Part shown: in pieces, positions 63,192 to 64,000 of the stretch
Position numbering within the stretch: position 1 is the first letter of the stretch
Layout of the letters: each line of letters starts with the position of its first letter
Assembly (NCBI RefSeq): GCF_003918875.1
Contig: NW_025766115.1
Location: 1,364,001-1,428,000 of the forward strand
DNA: 64,000 nt
Origin: Haliotis rubra
Lineage: Eukaryota
Reading direction: 5' to 3'
Program-made: the position numbers and the translations under genes
The notes under the pieces: model-generated
Seen by the model: the letters and a program-made list of their open reading frames with translations, nothing else
Told to the model about the DNA's origin: nothing
Databases searched by the model: none

Positions 63192-64000
63192 ACTTACAGA
63201 GAAATTTGTTTTTCGAGACCATTCCAAGGGAATAGTGTGAACTTTGTTCACTTTTTCCACAAGATACTTTTCATTTTCTGTCAGTTTTATTCATTTCCAG
63301 TTCAACGAGGAGTTAAAACATTTAGAACCATGAGGACTGGTTCAAACTTATAGCCCTCAAATGAAACCAGTCAATGAGCACAGCCATCTTTTTTATTTGT
63401 CTGGGACAGTTGGATGGATGGTTGGTAGATTATCTGTGATTTGAATGAATAGCAAAACCACTAGCCCAGAACACATATATTTTCTTCCAGTCAATTTGTT
63501 AAATTCCTTATTGATTAAGCTGGGTTAGTAAAATAGTTGTTTAAGCCCAAGATCTCGGATTGATGCACTACAAGGGTCCAGTTCATTGACATTAGAAAGT
63601 TTAAAGGCACACTATCACACCACACTTCTCTAAAAATCAATATTGCATTTCTCTCATTAATACTAACTATCAGACCCCACCAAGCTACTATATAATATAT
63701 TTTGAAACAAAAAGTATGTATTAAGATTACAATATGAAATTAAATGGTTTGAATGAATTAATGCAAGGTTGCATCAAATGGACTCTCGCGCCCTCTACCG
63801 ACCCAACTGTATTTCAAGCGAACCCCATAGAGTTATGTCCCTTGGAATGCTCTTTACGAATATCCTATAATGCAACTTGTGATTGAAGACAGTTCGGCAA
63901 ACACCGACAACACCGTGTGAAACATTTTTCAAAGTATGGAGCAATTGTTTATGTTCCATATATGGCAAGTGTTATCTGTTTGGAAGCTGTTTGCCTCAAA

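Overview
AT-rich, repeat-dense eukaryotic DNA, probably molluscan (the SINE families look gastropod/abalone-like; inference). No protein-coding gene could be identified, and the listed ORFs are antisense-snRNA, SINE or satellite artefacts. The key feature is a tandem array of 11 U1 snRNA genes on the minus strand (1.2-17.1 kb) in two classes. Six class-A variants have the U1-70K-binding loop I replaced by UUCUCAGCAU. Five class-B genes have loop I GAUCCGCAAG. All 11 keep the 5' splice-site-pairing end AUACUUACCUG and the U1A site AUUGCAC, but carry a non-canonical Sm site (AAUUUAUAAG or AAUUUAUAUG). The classes have largely different upstream regions, yet three upstream types share a positionally fixed PSE-like motif CACCNCARNTNAGT at about -58/-60. 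The rest of the window holds three SINE families with related LINE-type tails, LINE 3' fragments, Penelope-type remnants with minimal hammerhead ribozyme cores, AcademH-like, hAT-like and Harbinger-like MITEs, a 48/44-bp minisatellite and two N gaps. There is also a candidate promoter (CRE-CSL-ETS) near 29.8 kb, followed by CpG-depleted, probably intronic DNA.
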